Positions 12,586 through 22,340 of a stretch of 64,000 nucleotides of DNA are shown piece after piece (positions within the stretch are counted from its first letter, which is position 1; the number at the start of each line of letters is the position of its first letter). The notes under the pieces are model-generated. The model worked only from the letters and a program-made list of their open reading frames with translations. It did not search any database and was not told where the DNA came from. Location of the stretch: positions 682,001 to 746,000 of the forward strand of contig AP026142.1 in assembly GCA_030295235.1 (NCBI GenBank), written 5' to 3'. A program made the position numbers and the translations under genes. The DNA comes from Fistulifera solaris (taxonomy: Eukaryota).

Positions 12586-13343
12586 CGTTGTAAGATAAGT
12601 CTCGATTTCGATAGAATTTTGGGCGTGTCGGCATTCGTCATGTCGTAAACAATTTCGAGTCCTTCCACTACTAGGTCGTCGTCGTCGTTGTTGCTGTTGT
12701 TGTTCTTTGGGTCGCCGACCTTCCATTTCGTCACCACACGCCGTGGAAAGATCACCGGAATTCCTCGATCATCTTCTTGTGTAACCAATTGAAATTCTGA
12801 ACTAAACACGGATGATTCGTTACGTTCGGTAGCCCGTTTGGTGACTTTGATTTCTTTCGTTTTCCCATTGTTGTATTCCATTCGCAAGACGTTGGGATTC
12901 GATGCCGACCACTGCGACGATCGTACCGTATTAGTAGTTATAGCATTTTCTAAATTGACTTGATTGAAGGCACGATCGGCAACGACGATATTCTTGTCGA
13001 ATAAAAGAAATCGCACGGGATATTCTAACAACAAAGGTGTTGTTTCTTCGTCGTTCTTGCTACTAAATGATACTTGTCGACGCAAATTCCAAGTTCCTTG
13101 CCATGAAACAGGATAGTAGACATCCGGAGCTCCATAACCAGGAATTTTGGCCGAGGCACGACGCAATGTGGTTTCGGGTGGCGGTAAGAGGAGAAGGAGT
13201 GATTGTTGCAATATATCGCGTCGAGCCAAAAATGCTAGACTGCAGATCGTCGTCGTCGTCGTCGTCGTCGTCATCCACGCCGAGATGAATGGAAGGAAAA
13301 AACTGCTTAACAGGCATATTGTCAAGCGGGATGTTAGCTTCAT
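12582..13343 (-). CDS. Plastid/thylakoid-lumen-type protein, DUF6816-like
   Basis: Signal peptide ending …FISA-WM, Thr-rich transit region and a twin-Arg 'ARRDILQQSLLLLL' segment. 'IPGYGAPDVYYP.SWQGTW', 'YPVRF', 'VVADRAFN' and 'WSASNPNVL' resemble a conserved cyanobacterial/algal family (recognised from memory). Confidence 0.6.
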   Translation of the reverse strand: MKLTSRLTICLLSSFFLPFISAWMTTTTTTTTICSLAFLARRDILQQSLLLLLPPPETTLRRASAKIPGYGAPDVYYPVSWQGTWNLRRQVSFSSKNDEETTPLLLEYPVRFLLFDKNIVVADRAFNQVNLENAITTNTVRSSQWSASNPNVLRMEYNNGKTKEIKVTKRATERNESSVFSSEFQLVTQEDDRGIPVIFPRRVVTKWKVGDPKNNNSNNDDDDLVVEGLEIVYDMTNADTPKILSKSRLILQR

Positions 13344-14108
13344 GATACTGATAGGAGATAATGAAAGCAATTGTAGTGATTGTAAATAGCAAAGGCCATC
13401 TGGACGATTTTTCGGATGTATGAAAGTCGTTGTCGTCCAAAAAAGTGAATTGATGAGAAAAGTGAGTCAGTCGTCACACTCCAATTGTCAAAACTCGTGA
13501 CTTGGATCTCGCAAGTTATCCTTATCTCTTATCACTTATCATTAATCGTACTATGAGCTGGTAAGAACTCTGGTGATGATTCAAAAGGGCAACGTGGCCC
13601 AAGATCGGCATCTTTGACATGGACGGAAAGTTCAATGGGGATAAAGAATGCGCACCGAAGTCTTCTGGAGTGGTGAGTCAGTAGTATTTGCAAGACAAAA
13701 TTTCTTGTTGCAAGACATCACGACGTCATTTTACATCTTTCAAGACAGTAAATCGTTTGGAACCTGACGCAGATAGAGGTCACTGAACGAAATCCTGACC
13801 CATTCCGACGGAATTCTCACGAAGGCGGAATCCGATGCGCCACCCAGTCACTCTCGATGAACAGTACCTCTCCAAGTGGTACTCCGAACTCCGTACCTTT
13901 TGTACTGCGAATTCCAACTCAGCGCGATCCGATTGAATTCTCAAGAAGAAGAGAAAAAAATCTCCACAATATAAACAAGCGATCATATTCTTTTGTTATT
14001 TTTCTTGTTGTTGTTGTTATTGAATGAATCATCATCATTAGCTTTCATCATCATGAAGACATCTTCGACTGATAATACAAGGACTGTTTATTCCGGCAGA
14101 AGCGTATA

Positions 14109-15554
14109 TTGCTCTTATACGCTCCTTCTTCTTTGCTTTCCTCACGGACAACAACACTTCAAGCCTACGTGACATCTCCCGGAGCCGTCCCGGTGCATCG
14201 ACAACGCGCCTTTTTACAAGAAATCACTATTGATTTGTGTCAAACGACGACACCGTTATCGAATGAACAACTTTCGCAAGCTCCCAAACTGTTAGAAGCG
14301 TGGAGTAAACAACCGACGGCCCAAGCTGCCTTGCAGAGTGAGAAATTGGTGGCCCGCGTGATTGCGGAAAAGAAAGCGGGAAATGTGGCGGCCGATCTCA
14401 GTGTGCGTGATTACAATTGTTTATTGTCGACGTGGTGCAGTATGCAAAACAACGCGGAGCGCTGTGAACAAATTGTTGAAACGATGCAAGTCGTCGGAGA
14501 GCCTTTGCCGAATTTGGAGTCCTTCAAACTAGTCTTGAAAGCATGGAGGCAACAACGACCCGTCGATCCGACGTATGCGCCATTTCGTGCACAGCGCATC
14601 CTGGATTGGATGATTCGATTGTACAGTGATGGAGAAAACGAACAGGCATTACCGGATGCCGAGTGTTTTGATATTTGTTTGACGATTTGGAGTCGATCGG
14701 GTCATCCCGAAGCACCCGAGCGGACGGAAAAGTTGTTGGGGGCCATGGAACGATTGCATCGCTCAACCGGAGCGGCTAAGCCACGCCATACGAGTTTCAA
14801 TGCGGTATTAGCAGCGTGGAGTAAGTCCCATCGTCCGGATGCCGCTGATCGGGCGATGGATATTTTGAGTTTCATGGAATTGTTGGCTTCACACGGAGAT
14901 TTGACGCTCGATGCAGCATCGTACAACACGGTCATGAATACGGTAGTCTTGACAACCGAGGCCGGGGATGCTTCGTTGAAAGCACAAGCCATTCTCAAGC
15001 ATGCACTCAAAGCACAGAAACAAGATCCGGAACATGTGCAGTTGGAAACGATTCTGTTCAATTCTGCCATGGGTGCGCTGGCGAAAAGTAAAACTTCAGG
15101 AGCTTTCGTCAAGGCCCGAACCATTCTGGATCGACAAATCACATTGTACGAAAATGGCTGCACGTCGTGTCGACCGGATGTGGTAGGATACACTTCCGTA
15201 ATTGCTTGCTGTGCTGCAGAGACAAGCGATCGGACCGCGGCATTTGCTACCGCCATGCAAACCTTTCAAGAAATCGAAACACCCAATCACATTACCTACG
15301 GCACCATGTTGAAAGCTTGTGCCAAGCTATTACCGCACGAAGTACCCGCCCGTCGAAAAGCCGTGCGCCAATTGATGGCACAAGCCAAAGAAGCGGGATG
15401 TGTGGGAGAAATGGTCGTTTCGCGGTTGCGGGAAGCGACTCCGGAATTGTACAAGGAATTGCTGGAAGGACACAGCAAGAAGCAATTACCGCAGCAATGG
15501 ACACGAAATGTTGATGAGTCGACGAAGAAAAAGAGACGTCGGGCCGAAGTATAG
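14109..15554 (+). CDS. Pentatricopeptide repeat (PPR) protein, organelle RNA-binding
   Basis: Repeated PPR units: 'DYNCLLSTW', 'PNLESFKLVLKAW', 'PDAECFDICLTIWSRSG', 'SFNAVLAAWSKS', 'SYNTVMN', 'PDVVGYTSVIACCA' and 'PNHITYGTMLKAC'. True start is uncertain (possibly ATG ~14053 with a frameshift). Confidence 0.85.
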   Translation: MLLYAPSSLLSSRTTTLQAYVTSPGAVPVHRQRAFLQEITIDLCQTTTPLSNEQLSQAPKLLEAWSKQPTAQAALQSEKLVARVIAEKKAGNVAADLSVRDYNCLLSTWCSMQNNAERCEQIVETMQVVGEPLPNLESFKLVLKAWRQQRPVDPTYAPFRAQRILDWMIRLYSDGENEQALPDAECFDICLTIWSRSGHPEAPERTEKLLGAMERLHRSTGAAKPRHTSFNAVLAAWSKSHRPDAADRAMDILSFMELLASHGDLTLDAASYNTVMNTVVLTTEAGDASLKAQAILKHALKAQKQDPEHVQLETILFNSAMGALAKSKTSGAFVKARTILDRQITLYENGCTSCRPDVVGYTSVIACCAAETSDRTAAFATAMQTFQEIETPNHITYGTMLKACAKLLPHEVPARRKAVRQLMAQAKEAGCVGEMVVSRLREATPELYKELLEGHSKKQLPQQWTRNVDESTKKKRRRAEV

Positions 15555-15715
15555 CTTTCTTGGAACGGCGTTGCATTCATTTTGATCCATTTTTGTACAA
15601 TTTTTCCTCCATCCAAACCCGTTTATCATAAAATTAGAACTATACGTAGATTATTATCATAAATGTGTCTTTATCATTTCTATTGCGTACTAGTCATTTA
15701 TGAATGATTTTTTGG

Positions 15716-17956
15716 TTACAGTTGCTTCAAGGCATCTCGTACCACTTCACAAGCAGCAATACCATCGTGTTGGTCTGTTATCTGTTTCAACTTCGTTGTG
15801 TCTAGTGAGCACGCCGCTTTCCACAGCGCCTTGACTTGCTGAATGTTGTAGATGGCTTCTTTCACTGGATCACTTCGCTGGGGGAACGTGTCAAAATAGA
15901 AATGCCCTCGATAATTTGCTTGACGTAACTGATACATCACTTCTAACGCCATGGAAGGATGAACGGACCCAAACAACAAGCCGTCTTCCGCAGCCAATCG
16001 CGTGTACCCATCGTTTAGTTGTATGCCGAACAATTTGTCGTGCTGTGCCACCAATGCAATACTTTGTGCTGGATTCTCACCGGCCATCAGCATGTGACCC
16101 ACGTCCATCGTCAACCCAAAATTATCCCTTTGCACATCTTGACACAACAATAACGCCGTACCCGTGCTCGGAACCAAAAAGAAGCGGGTATTCTCGTCGG
16201 TTGGTTTGAATTCTAAGGAGAATTTGATTTGCGGGTAAGCATCACAACACCGTTGGAAGGCTTGCACTATTTGTTGCCATTTTTCGCCATAATCAATTTG
16301 AAAAGGATAATCGTATCCATCAAAGGCGGACCAGACTACCACCTCTCGACAACCCAAAAACAAGGCCGCTTCAGCCGCTTCAAGTGTCATTTGGATTGCT
16401 TCTTCACGACGCTGTGCATCTGGATGCAAGAATGACCCCAACGCGAATCGTTCGGCTGGATAGCGCAAACATACGGCACCTGCCTTCAAGCGATAGGCCG
16501 CTAGGGCGTCTTTCAGTTCCGATAAGGAATGCGAATGGAAATGCTGCGGATAATTGAAATCGATACAAGTCAATCCTGGTATTGTCGCTTGTCGTTTCAA
16601 CCATTCCATGACCGACCCCTTGTTATTCGTTTCGTCGGTACTCCACAAATCCCATCGATCCTTCATGGAATTCAAACGGGAACCAATGAGAAAAGGAAAT
16701 TCGGTCTTTTTGGCTGGATCTGCTAGTGCAGGTCTTTGTATGGAATCTCTGTCCGTTTTGCGCACGTCGCTCTCCTCATCTACAACATGTACTGACATTG
16801 ACTGAGGATCGTTTTCTCCTCGTTCCTCGACGGATTGCCACAACGACAAAGCCTGGTCGTACTGTTCTTGTACTTGTTCCCAGGTCGGAGCCGCCGCGAC
16901 GGCTCCCATGGTTTGTACCGCACACGCTCCCGCCGCCGTAGCCCACGCCAATGGTGGTTCCTGTCTTTGTAGTAAAGCAGCCACAAAGGCCGCACGAAAA
17001 CAATCGCCCGCCCCCGTTTCATCCACAACGGTAGTAACGGGTACTGCTGGAAGATGTAATGGTCGGTTCGTCGTTGTCGAAGTATCAGCACAACGAGGAG
17101 GAAACCATGTCGCTCCTTGTCGACCTTGTGTGACAATCACATGATTGGCATGACAGTGCTGTTGTAAGAACTGGACTTGTTCCATCACAGTAGTAGACAG
17201 CGGATTGTTGGTGCCGTGAGTATCATAAATTTCACTTTTCAGTTTCTGTACCAGTCGCTGTAATTCAGTTTCATTGGGCATAAGATAATCGACACACGCC
17301 AAGTGATGCATAGGACGATCGGCTCCACCCACATCTTGTACAGTGATAATGTGGGGAAAATGGGTCTTGACATAACGACACAAGAATTGATTGACAAAAT
17401 CGGGAATCTCGCATTGCAATAAAAGGCATTGAATGTTCTGTGATTGAATCAGTTGGTGCAAATAAGGCCAAATCATGGTAGGTTGTTGTTGAAATTGTTT
17501 TCCGATCGTTTTCCATTCATCCCAACCGTATTCATTGCTGCCTCCACTAACAATGGCACTGACTTGTCCCGTGCTTTCACATAAAGTGATATAACCTCTT
17601 CCGCAGGGTAATTGTGGGTGTGATCCGCATTGCCAATGTAAGGAAGAAGAAGAAGAAGAAGACAGAAGATCCGATGGATCGGGCAGATCGTAGCCCACTT
17701 GTCCTAGGAAACACACTTTGCCTTTCATTAATTTCGACAAAGCCACCGCTTGCGTCAATCCTTTCCCGCCCCATTGATGCCACGGCATTCGTAAGGTTGT
17801 CAAGTTTTCTCCTTCTTGCGGCATTCGTTCGACGGGTAAATACGTATCGATATTGACGGAACCCACCACGAGGACATTGGCGGCAGCGTGAATCAATAAT
17901 AATGTGAAATGAAAGCATATTATTATGCAAAGGATTCGAGCAGATTGATGTAGCAT
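15716..17956 (-). CDS. Fusion of PfkB/ribokinase-family kinase and xylose/rhamnose-isomerase-like TIM barrel
   Basis: Single uninterrupted 746-aa ORF. N-half has VVGSVNID, GGKGLTQA, PNETE and VVDETGAGDCF. C-half has DFNYPQH, VVWSAFDGYDYPFQ, LEFKP, MDVGH, QLNDG and YFDTFP. Confidence 0.85.
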   Translation of the reverse strand: MLHQSARILCIIICFHFTLLLIHAAANVLVVGSVNIDTYLPVERMPQEGENLTTLRMPWHQWGGKGLTQAVALSKLMKGKVCFLGQVGYDLPDPSDLLSSSSSSSLHWQCGSHPQLPCGRGYITLCESTGQVSAIVSGGSNEYGWDEWKTIGKQFQQQPTMIWPYLHQLIQSQNIQCLLLQCEIPDFVNQFLCRYVKTHFPHIITVQDVGGADRPMHHLACVDYLMPNETELQRLVQKLKSEIYDTHGTNNPLSTTVMEQVQFLQQHCHANHVIVTQGRQGATWFPPRCADTSTTTNRPLHLPAVPVTTVVDETGAGDCFRAAFVAALLQRQEPPLAWATAAGACAVQTMGAVAAAPTWEQVQEQYDQALSLWQSVEERGENDPQSMSVHVVDEESDVRKTDRDSIQRPALADPAKKTEFPFLIGSRLNSMKDRWDLWSTDETNNKGSVMEWLKRQATIPGLTCIDFNYPQHFHSHSLSELKDALAAYRLKAGAVCLRYPAERFALGSFLHPDAQRREEAIQMTLEAAEAALFLGCREVVVWSAFDGYDYPFQIDYGEKWQQIVQAFQRCCDAYPQIKFSLEFKPTDENTRFFLVPSTGTALLLCQDVQRDNFGLTMDVGHMLMAGENPAQSIALVAQHDKLFGIQLNDGYTRLAAEDGLLFGSVHPSMALEVMYQLRQANYRGHFYFDTFPQRSDPVKEAIYNIQQVKALWKAACSLDTTKLKQITDQHDGIAACEVVRDALKQL

Positions 17957-18375
17957 CTTTTTGTATGTATCTATACAAGTAGTTATGAGATGAGAAACTT
18001 CGTGGGTTCGTCGTCGTGCGTGTATGATTTATTATTACTCCGTACTTTGTACGAAAGATACGCGATACGCCATCCTGCGTCATGGTCGACTTTTTTCGTG
18101 CCGAGAGCCGAGAAGAATCATACTCCGTACTATGTTGTGATGACGCACAGTGTAGGATTGAAATCCAGTCGTGATACTTGTTCCTTGTTGAATGGACAGA
18201 AAGGCAGACGCATTGGGATGGGAGCGCCTTTTTTTCACACCAACAAAAAAAAAAAAGCGGCCGCGTATTTCTTTTGCCTTTTGTCTTGATTTGCTGTCTT
18301 GAAACTTTATAAACACCCTACCTTACGGCAAAGATTGGTCGATTCGTATTTCGTATAAATATACACTTTAATAAT

Positions 18376-20538
18376 ATGAAACGAACTAGACCATGGGACA
18401 AGCACGATCGCCCTAATCCGTTCATAAAGACGACGACGACGACGACGACGACATTTACATCGACTACAAAAACGAAGAAAGTAACTCGAAGTGTTACTGC
18501 CATTACTGCGTCTCCACACGATAGCAATCATCATACTCGCAAGAGCATTCCTTCTATTGAAATTGAAGGTATTCCTTTTTATAGTGATCGCTTTTATTTG
18601 CATCGCACAATCTACGATACGGATGATGCACACGACGCTTCTCGACCCAACCGTATCCATAATAACAAATGCCATTGCGGAGTCAAACAGCCGCTTCCTC
18701 TATTCGATCGAGCAGCTTTGCTTCGTTCTTTGAATTTAAAAGCTGTCATTTGGAGTACTTATACGATGGAACCGGAAGCATGGGCGTCGGAATATCCTAC
18801 TTTGTTTGGACGGGATGCGACCATTCCGACATTGGTGATGCATGGAAAAAGGGATGGACGTGGAACGAGTACACACAGCAACAACAACAACAACAACAAC
18901 AACAGCAACAATCTGTGGATGATGAAGACTCTATAATAGCAGAGGAAGAATATGTTCGACGGGACGACGATAGTATTGTGACACAACCTCCGGATCCAAC
19001 TACGACGAATCAACCGAACAAACACAATTACTATAGGTTTCCTGAAACGGTGCATTTCAGTGAAATTACTGCGTCTTGGATAGCTCCCAATGATCTGGCG
19101 CGTGTTTCACGGATCATGGACGACGAAACGGGATGCTTGTCTCCCGAGTTGTTGGCAGTAAGAAAGTCGTGCAAAGGTGTGCATCATCCAAAGTACATGT
19201 TGTTATTCGAAACCAGCGGGGCATTGATTGTGGTCGTGTCTACCGCCAATATGACGACCAGTCGAACCATTGATGCGTCTTGGATGCAGCGCTTTCCTCC
19301 TCTGGATCGCAAGGGAAATACTCCAACACCATCCTCGTCCAGTAGTGACTTCGGTCTCGCCTTGGCGCATTTCATGCAGCACCAAATGCTTAGTACACGA
19401 GCCAATCAAATGACACTCACGGTATTTCTGCAACGTCATGTGGGATGGAAATCTTTGCGTGATTTGTTGCGTCTGTATTCTTTTGATAAGGCGCAAGTGC
19501 ATCTCATGCCCATTGTGCCGGGGATATTTCCTTTGGACGTGCCAGTACCCCATCGGGCACCACCGAAAGAAGAAAGTAAGAAAAAGTCTTTTGTTTTCTT
19601 CGGACAGCAGCGTATGGCTCAAGTCTTGCAACAACTTACGGCAGGAAAGTCTCCGTGGTTGCCCCCGGATTTATTGTCCGATCATGATCGTTTGCTGTGT
19701 CAACCGACGAGTTTGGGCGCCGAATGGACGGTCGAACAAATGTCGAGTATGGTACACGCTTATTTGAGTCATGCCATTCCACAACGTCCACAAGTTGATT
19801 CGTTGAAGCGATTGGATATCATTTGGCCAACGGATTACTATGTTCAACAAGTCAAAGCTGTTCTTCATGAAGGAGTCACAACTTGCATTCCGAATGCTTT
19901 TCCTACTGAATACAATGCTCACGCATCGTCACAACTCGCGTGCAGCGGATATCTCTTCTTGTCATCCGAGACCTTCAATCGCATACCTATTGACTGTCTT
20001 TCACAAATGGTGCTTTGGGAACCATGTTACCCCAGTCCGCAAAAGACCACACTGGTGCCACACATCAAAAGCATCGCTCGCGTCTTTCACGGCAATGACT
20101 ACCGCATCCGCAAGGATTACGGAATTCCGAAATGCGAAGAATTGTTTCCGTGGTTTTTGTTGACAAGTGCGTGTCTTTCGCGAGGAGCACAAGGCGTTTG
20201 CATCGACCAGGCCATGCATTATGCCAATTTTGAACTCGGTGTACTGTTTTCCAGTCGATTGGATCACGAGGAGAAGCGTCTGTATTGCTGGAAGCCATCG
20301 CAATGTGTATGCCACACCAAAGCGAATAGTACGGCAAGCACCGCTCGATGGATTCATTTGCCTCTCCCCCTATTGTGTACGTCCACCCCGTTACCAAGAA
20401 GACGAAGAGGAAGTGGGATTCTGTGAGACACCGTATTTTCACGAAGTGACTTCGGGCTCTGTTGCCGTGGGTAATATGCGATTCACACCGTACGGCGCCG
20501 CCATGGCAGAGAAACTAGCCAAGAAAGACAGTTCGTAG
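18376..20538 (+). CDS. TDP1: Tyrosyl-DNA phosphodiesterase 1-like (PLD superfamily)
   Basis: First HxK motif GVHHPKYMLLF…VVSTANM, then QPTSLG and IIWPT, second motif PHIKS…WFLLTSACLSRGAQG, and NFELGVLF. Frameshifts at the A run ~18846-18850 and the C run ~20366-20370 join three ORF pieces. Confidence 0.85.
18876..18911 (+). repeat. (CAA)n trinucleotide microsatellite (poly-Gln in TDP1)
   Basis: About 12 CAA/CAG units. Other coding trinucleotide tracts lie at 13247-13273 (TCG)n and 18429-18452 (GAC)n. Confidence 0.85.
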
Positions 20539-20652
20539 TAGCTTGTTAGATTTTTTTATTAGCCAGTACTTATTTCAGCCAAGTCTGTGTAAATATTATA
20601 CGTCCTTAGATGTAAAACAATAAAGATATTCATGTTGTTACGATGTTGCTGA

Positions 20653-21513
20653 TCACATCGCTTCCACAAGCAACACGAGACAGCTAACTCCGAGACCAAA
20701 ATTTACCACACAATTGTTAGCCAAAGAGGTTGCAGTTGGTTCTACTATAGTGGTAGAAGGAAGAAATGCATCACTAGGAGCTTCCACTGGAGCGACAACA
20801 GCACTTTCCGCGTCTGCAGTGGGCTGTGAGTCTGATTCGACCGGAGAAGGCACCGGAGACTCCTCCTCCTCCTGTTCGTTAACGACCGGCGATGCCACCG
20901 GTGACGAGGCAACAGGCGAGGAAGACAAAACAGTAGATAGTTGTGAACAGTCCTCCTCACCATCATCACCCGGCACATCCAAATAGATATCAAAACGAAC
21001 GGCACGACTCCCATCGTCAGCTTCCGCAATCTCGACCGCTTGCAATGTGCGACTGGGCTGATAGCCAAATTCGTCCCCTACAAAGTACATTTGCGTCACT
21101 AACAATTCTTCGTCACCCCGTGACGCTCGAACATGAACATGTAAAGGTCGTCCTGTATAGAGAGCTGGATAGGTTTGTGTATAATTGTACTGTCCGCACG
21201 CTTCTGTCACCAGCATTCCTCGATATTCATCATCGCGATACCCTTCTTCGCCCGCGTACCAGATTTCAATCGTAATGCCTGACAGTCCTTTGGTACAATC
21301 CTGAGCACTGAGAACATTACCAGATACTTTCAACTGATTGGTCGGATCTTGCAACAAATCTTCAGGTCCAATGAGGGTAGAACGAGGCGAGGCTGCAATA
21401 TAAAACGGTCCTAACATATCTGTCGGCGTTTCACTGGAAGGACACGTCTGACTGACGACCACAAGGAATAATCGTAGCATGAGAATACAGCGTATGCTTT
21501 GATAAAAAACCAT
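20653..21513 (-). CDS. Secreted/surface intradiol ring-cleavage dioxygenase-like protein with Ser/Pro/Glu stalk and hydrophobic C-terminus
   Basis: 'TPTDMLGPFY', 'LKVSGNV', 'IEIWYA…GY', 'YRG…T…GQYNY', 'YPALYTGRPLHVHVR' and 'LVTQMYF' match the intradiol dioxygenase C-domain with Tyr/Tyr/His/His iron ligands. Hydrophobic N-terminus (MVFYQ… start at 21513); terminal 'FGLGVSCLVLLVEAM'. Confidence 0.8.
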   Translation of the reverse strand: MVFYQSIRCILMLRLFLVVVSQTCPSSETPTDMLGPFYIAASPRSTLIGPEDLLQDPTNQLKVSGNVLSAQDCTKGLSGITIEIWYAGEEGYRDDEYRGMLVTEACGQYNYTQTYPALYTGRPLHVHVRASRGDEELLVTQMYFVGDEFGYQPSRTLQAVEIAEADDGSRAVRFDIYLDVPGDDGEEDCSQLSTVLSSSPVASSPVASPVVNEQEEEESPVPSPVESDSQPTADAESAVVAPVEAPSDAFLPSTTIVEPTATSLANNCVVNFGLGVSCLVLLVEAM

Positions 21514-22340
21514 GTTCATTGCGTGAAAGATTGTTGACGAAAGAGGAAATGTGTCGTCGTTCATTTTCTCGCAATGCAGGGGAAATGCATCGTGCCAAAT
21601 TGCGCAGTAACGGACCGACAAATGATTGATTTCATTCTTGCGGAATGCCGAATGCTCGCATGTCTAATGTCTACGTCTTTTCCACGTAGTCCCCGTAGGA
21701 AAATTATCGAGATAGGGAAACCTGGATATCATGCAACTTCGACCTCATCAATTCTCAAGTTTGATTTGTGTCAATGGCATCATAACTTTTACCAACACGT
21801 TTTGGGCCTACCAACAAACGATAATCGACGCCAAGGTGAACTCGAAACGCAAAAAGATTAAAGATGCGACGCTTGGAATGTCTACGAAGATTTTATGTAG
21901 CTCTTGTAGCTACAAAGTACTAGGTACTTTGTATGTTACGGAAATTTATGTATCGACGATCGACAGAAAGGAACCCAGATATAACTACGTCACCCTCGTT
22001 TAGGGACCAGGTTCTGTTGAAGGCTTCGATCGAAACAACGCGAGCAACGCGAGCACCAACGACGTCCGAATAGAATCTCCGCCACGTCGACGACTATGAA
22101 CCAAAAAGAACATGAACGGCGTCGAGTTATTTTCGATCGAACGGTCCACTCTTCCAGTTTGCGCACCGCAACGGACACCTTTCGAAAGGAAAAAAGGCTT
22201 TTTGCTAACACACACCATTTTCGTTGAATGAATAATTTGCTTCCTGCTGTTGCTCGTCGTCTAAGCTAGCAATAACATTCCCTGCGACAACATTATCAAT
22301 CAATTAATTTACTGAACGAATGTAAGAAAGGGCAAACAAC

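Noticed and set aside
13750..13800. TPP riboswitch-like 'GAACCTGA' segment
   Set aside because: Lacks the upstream CTGAGA and downstream AATxCxxGCGxAGGGA elements, and there is no thiamine gene nearby.
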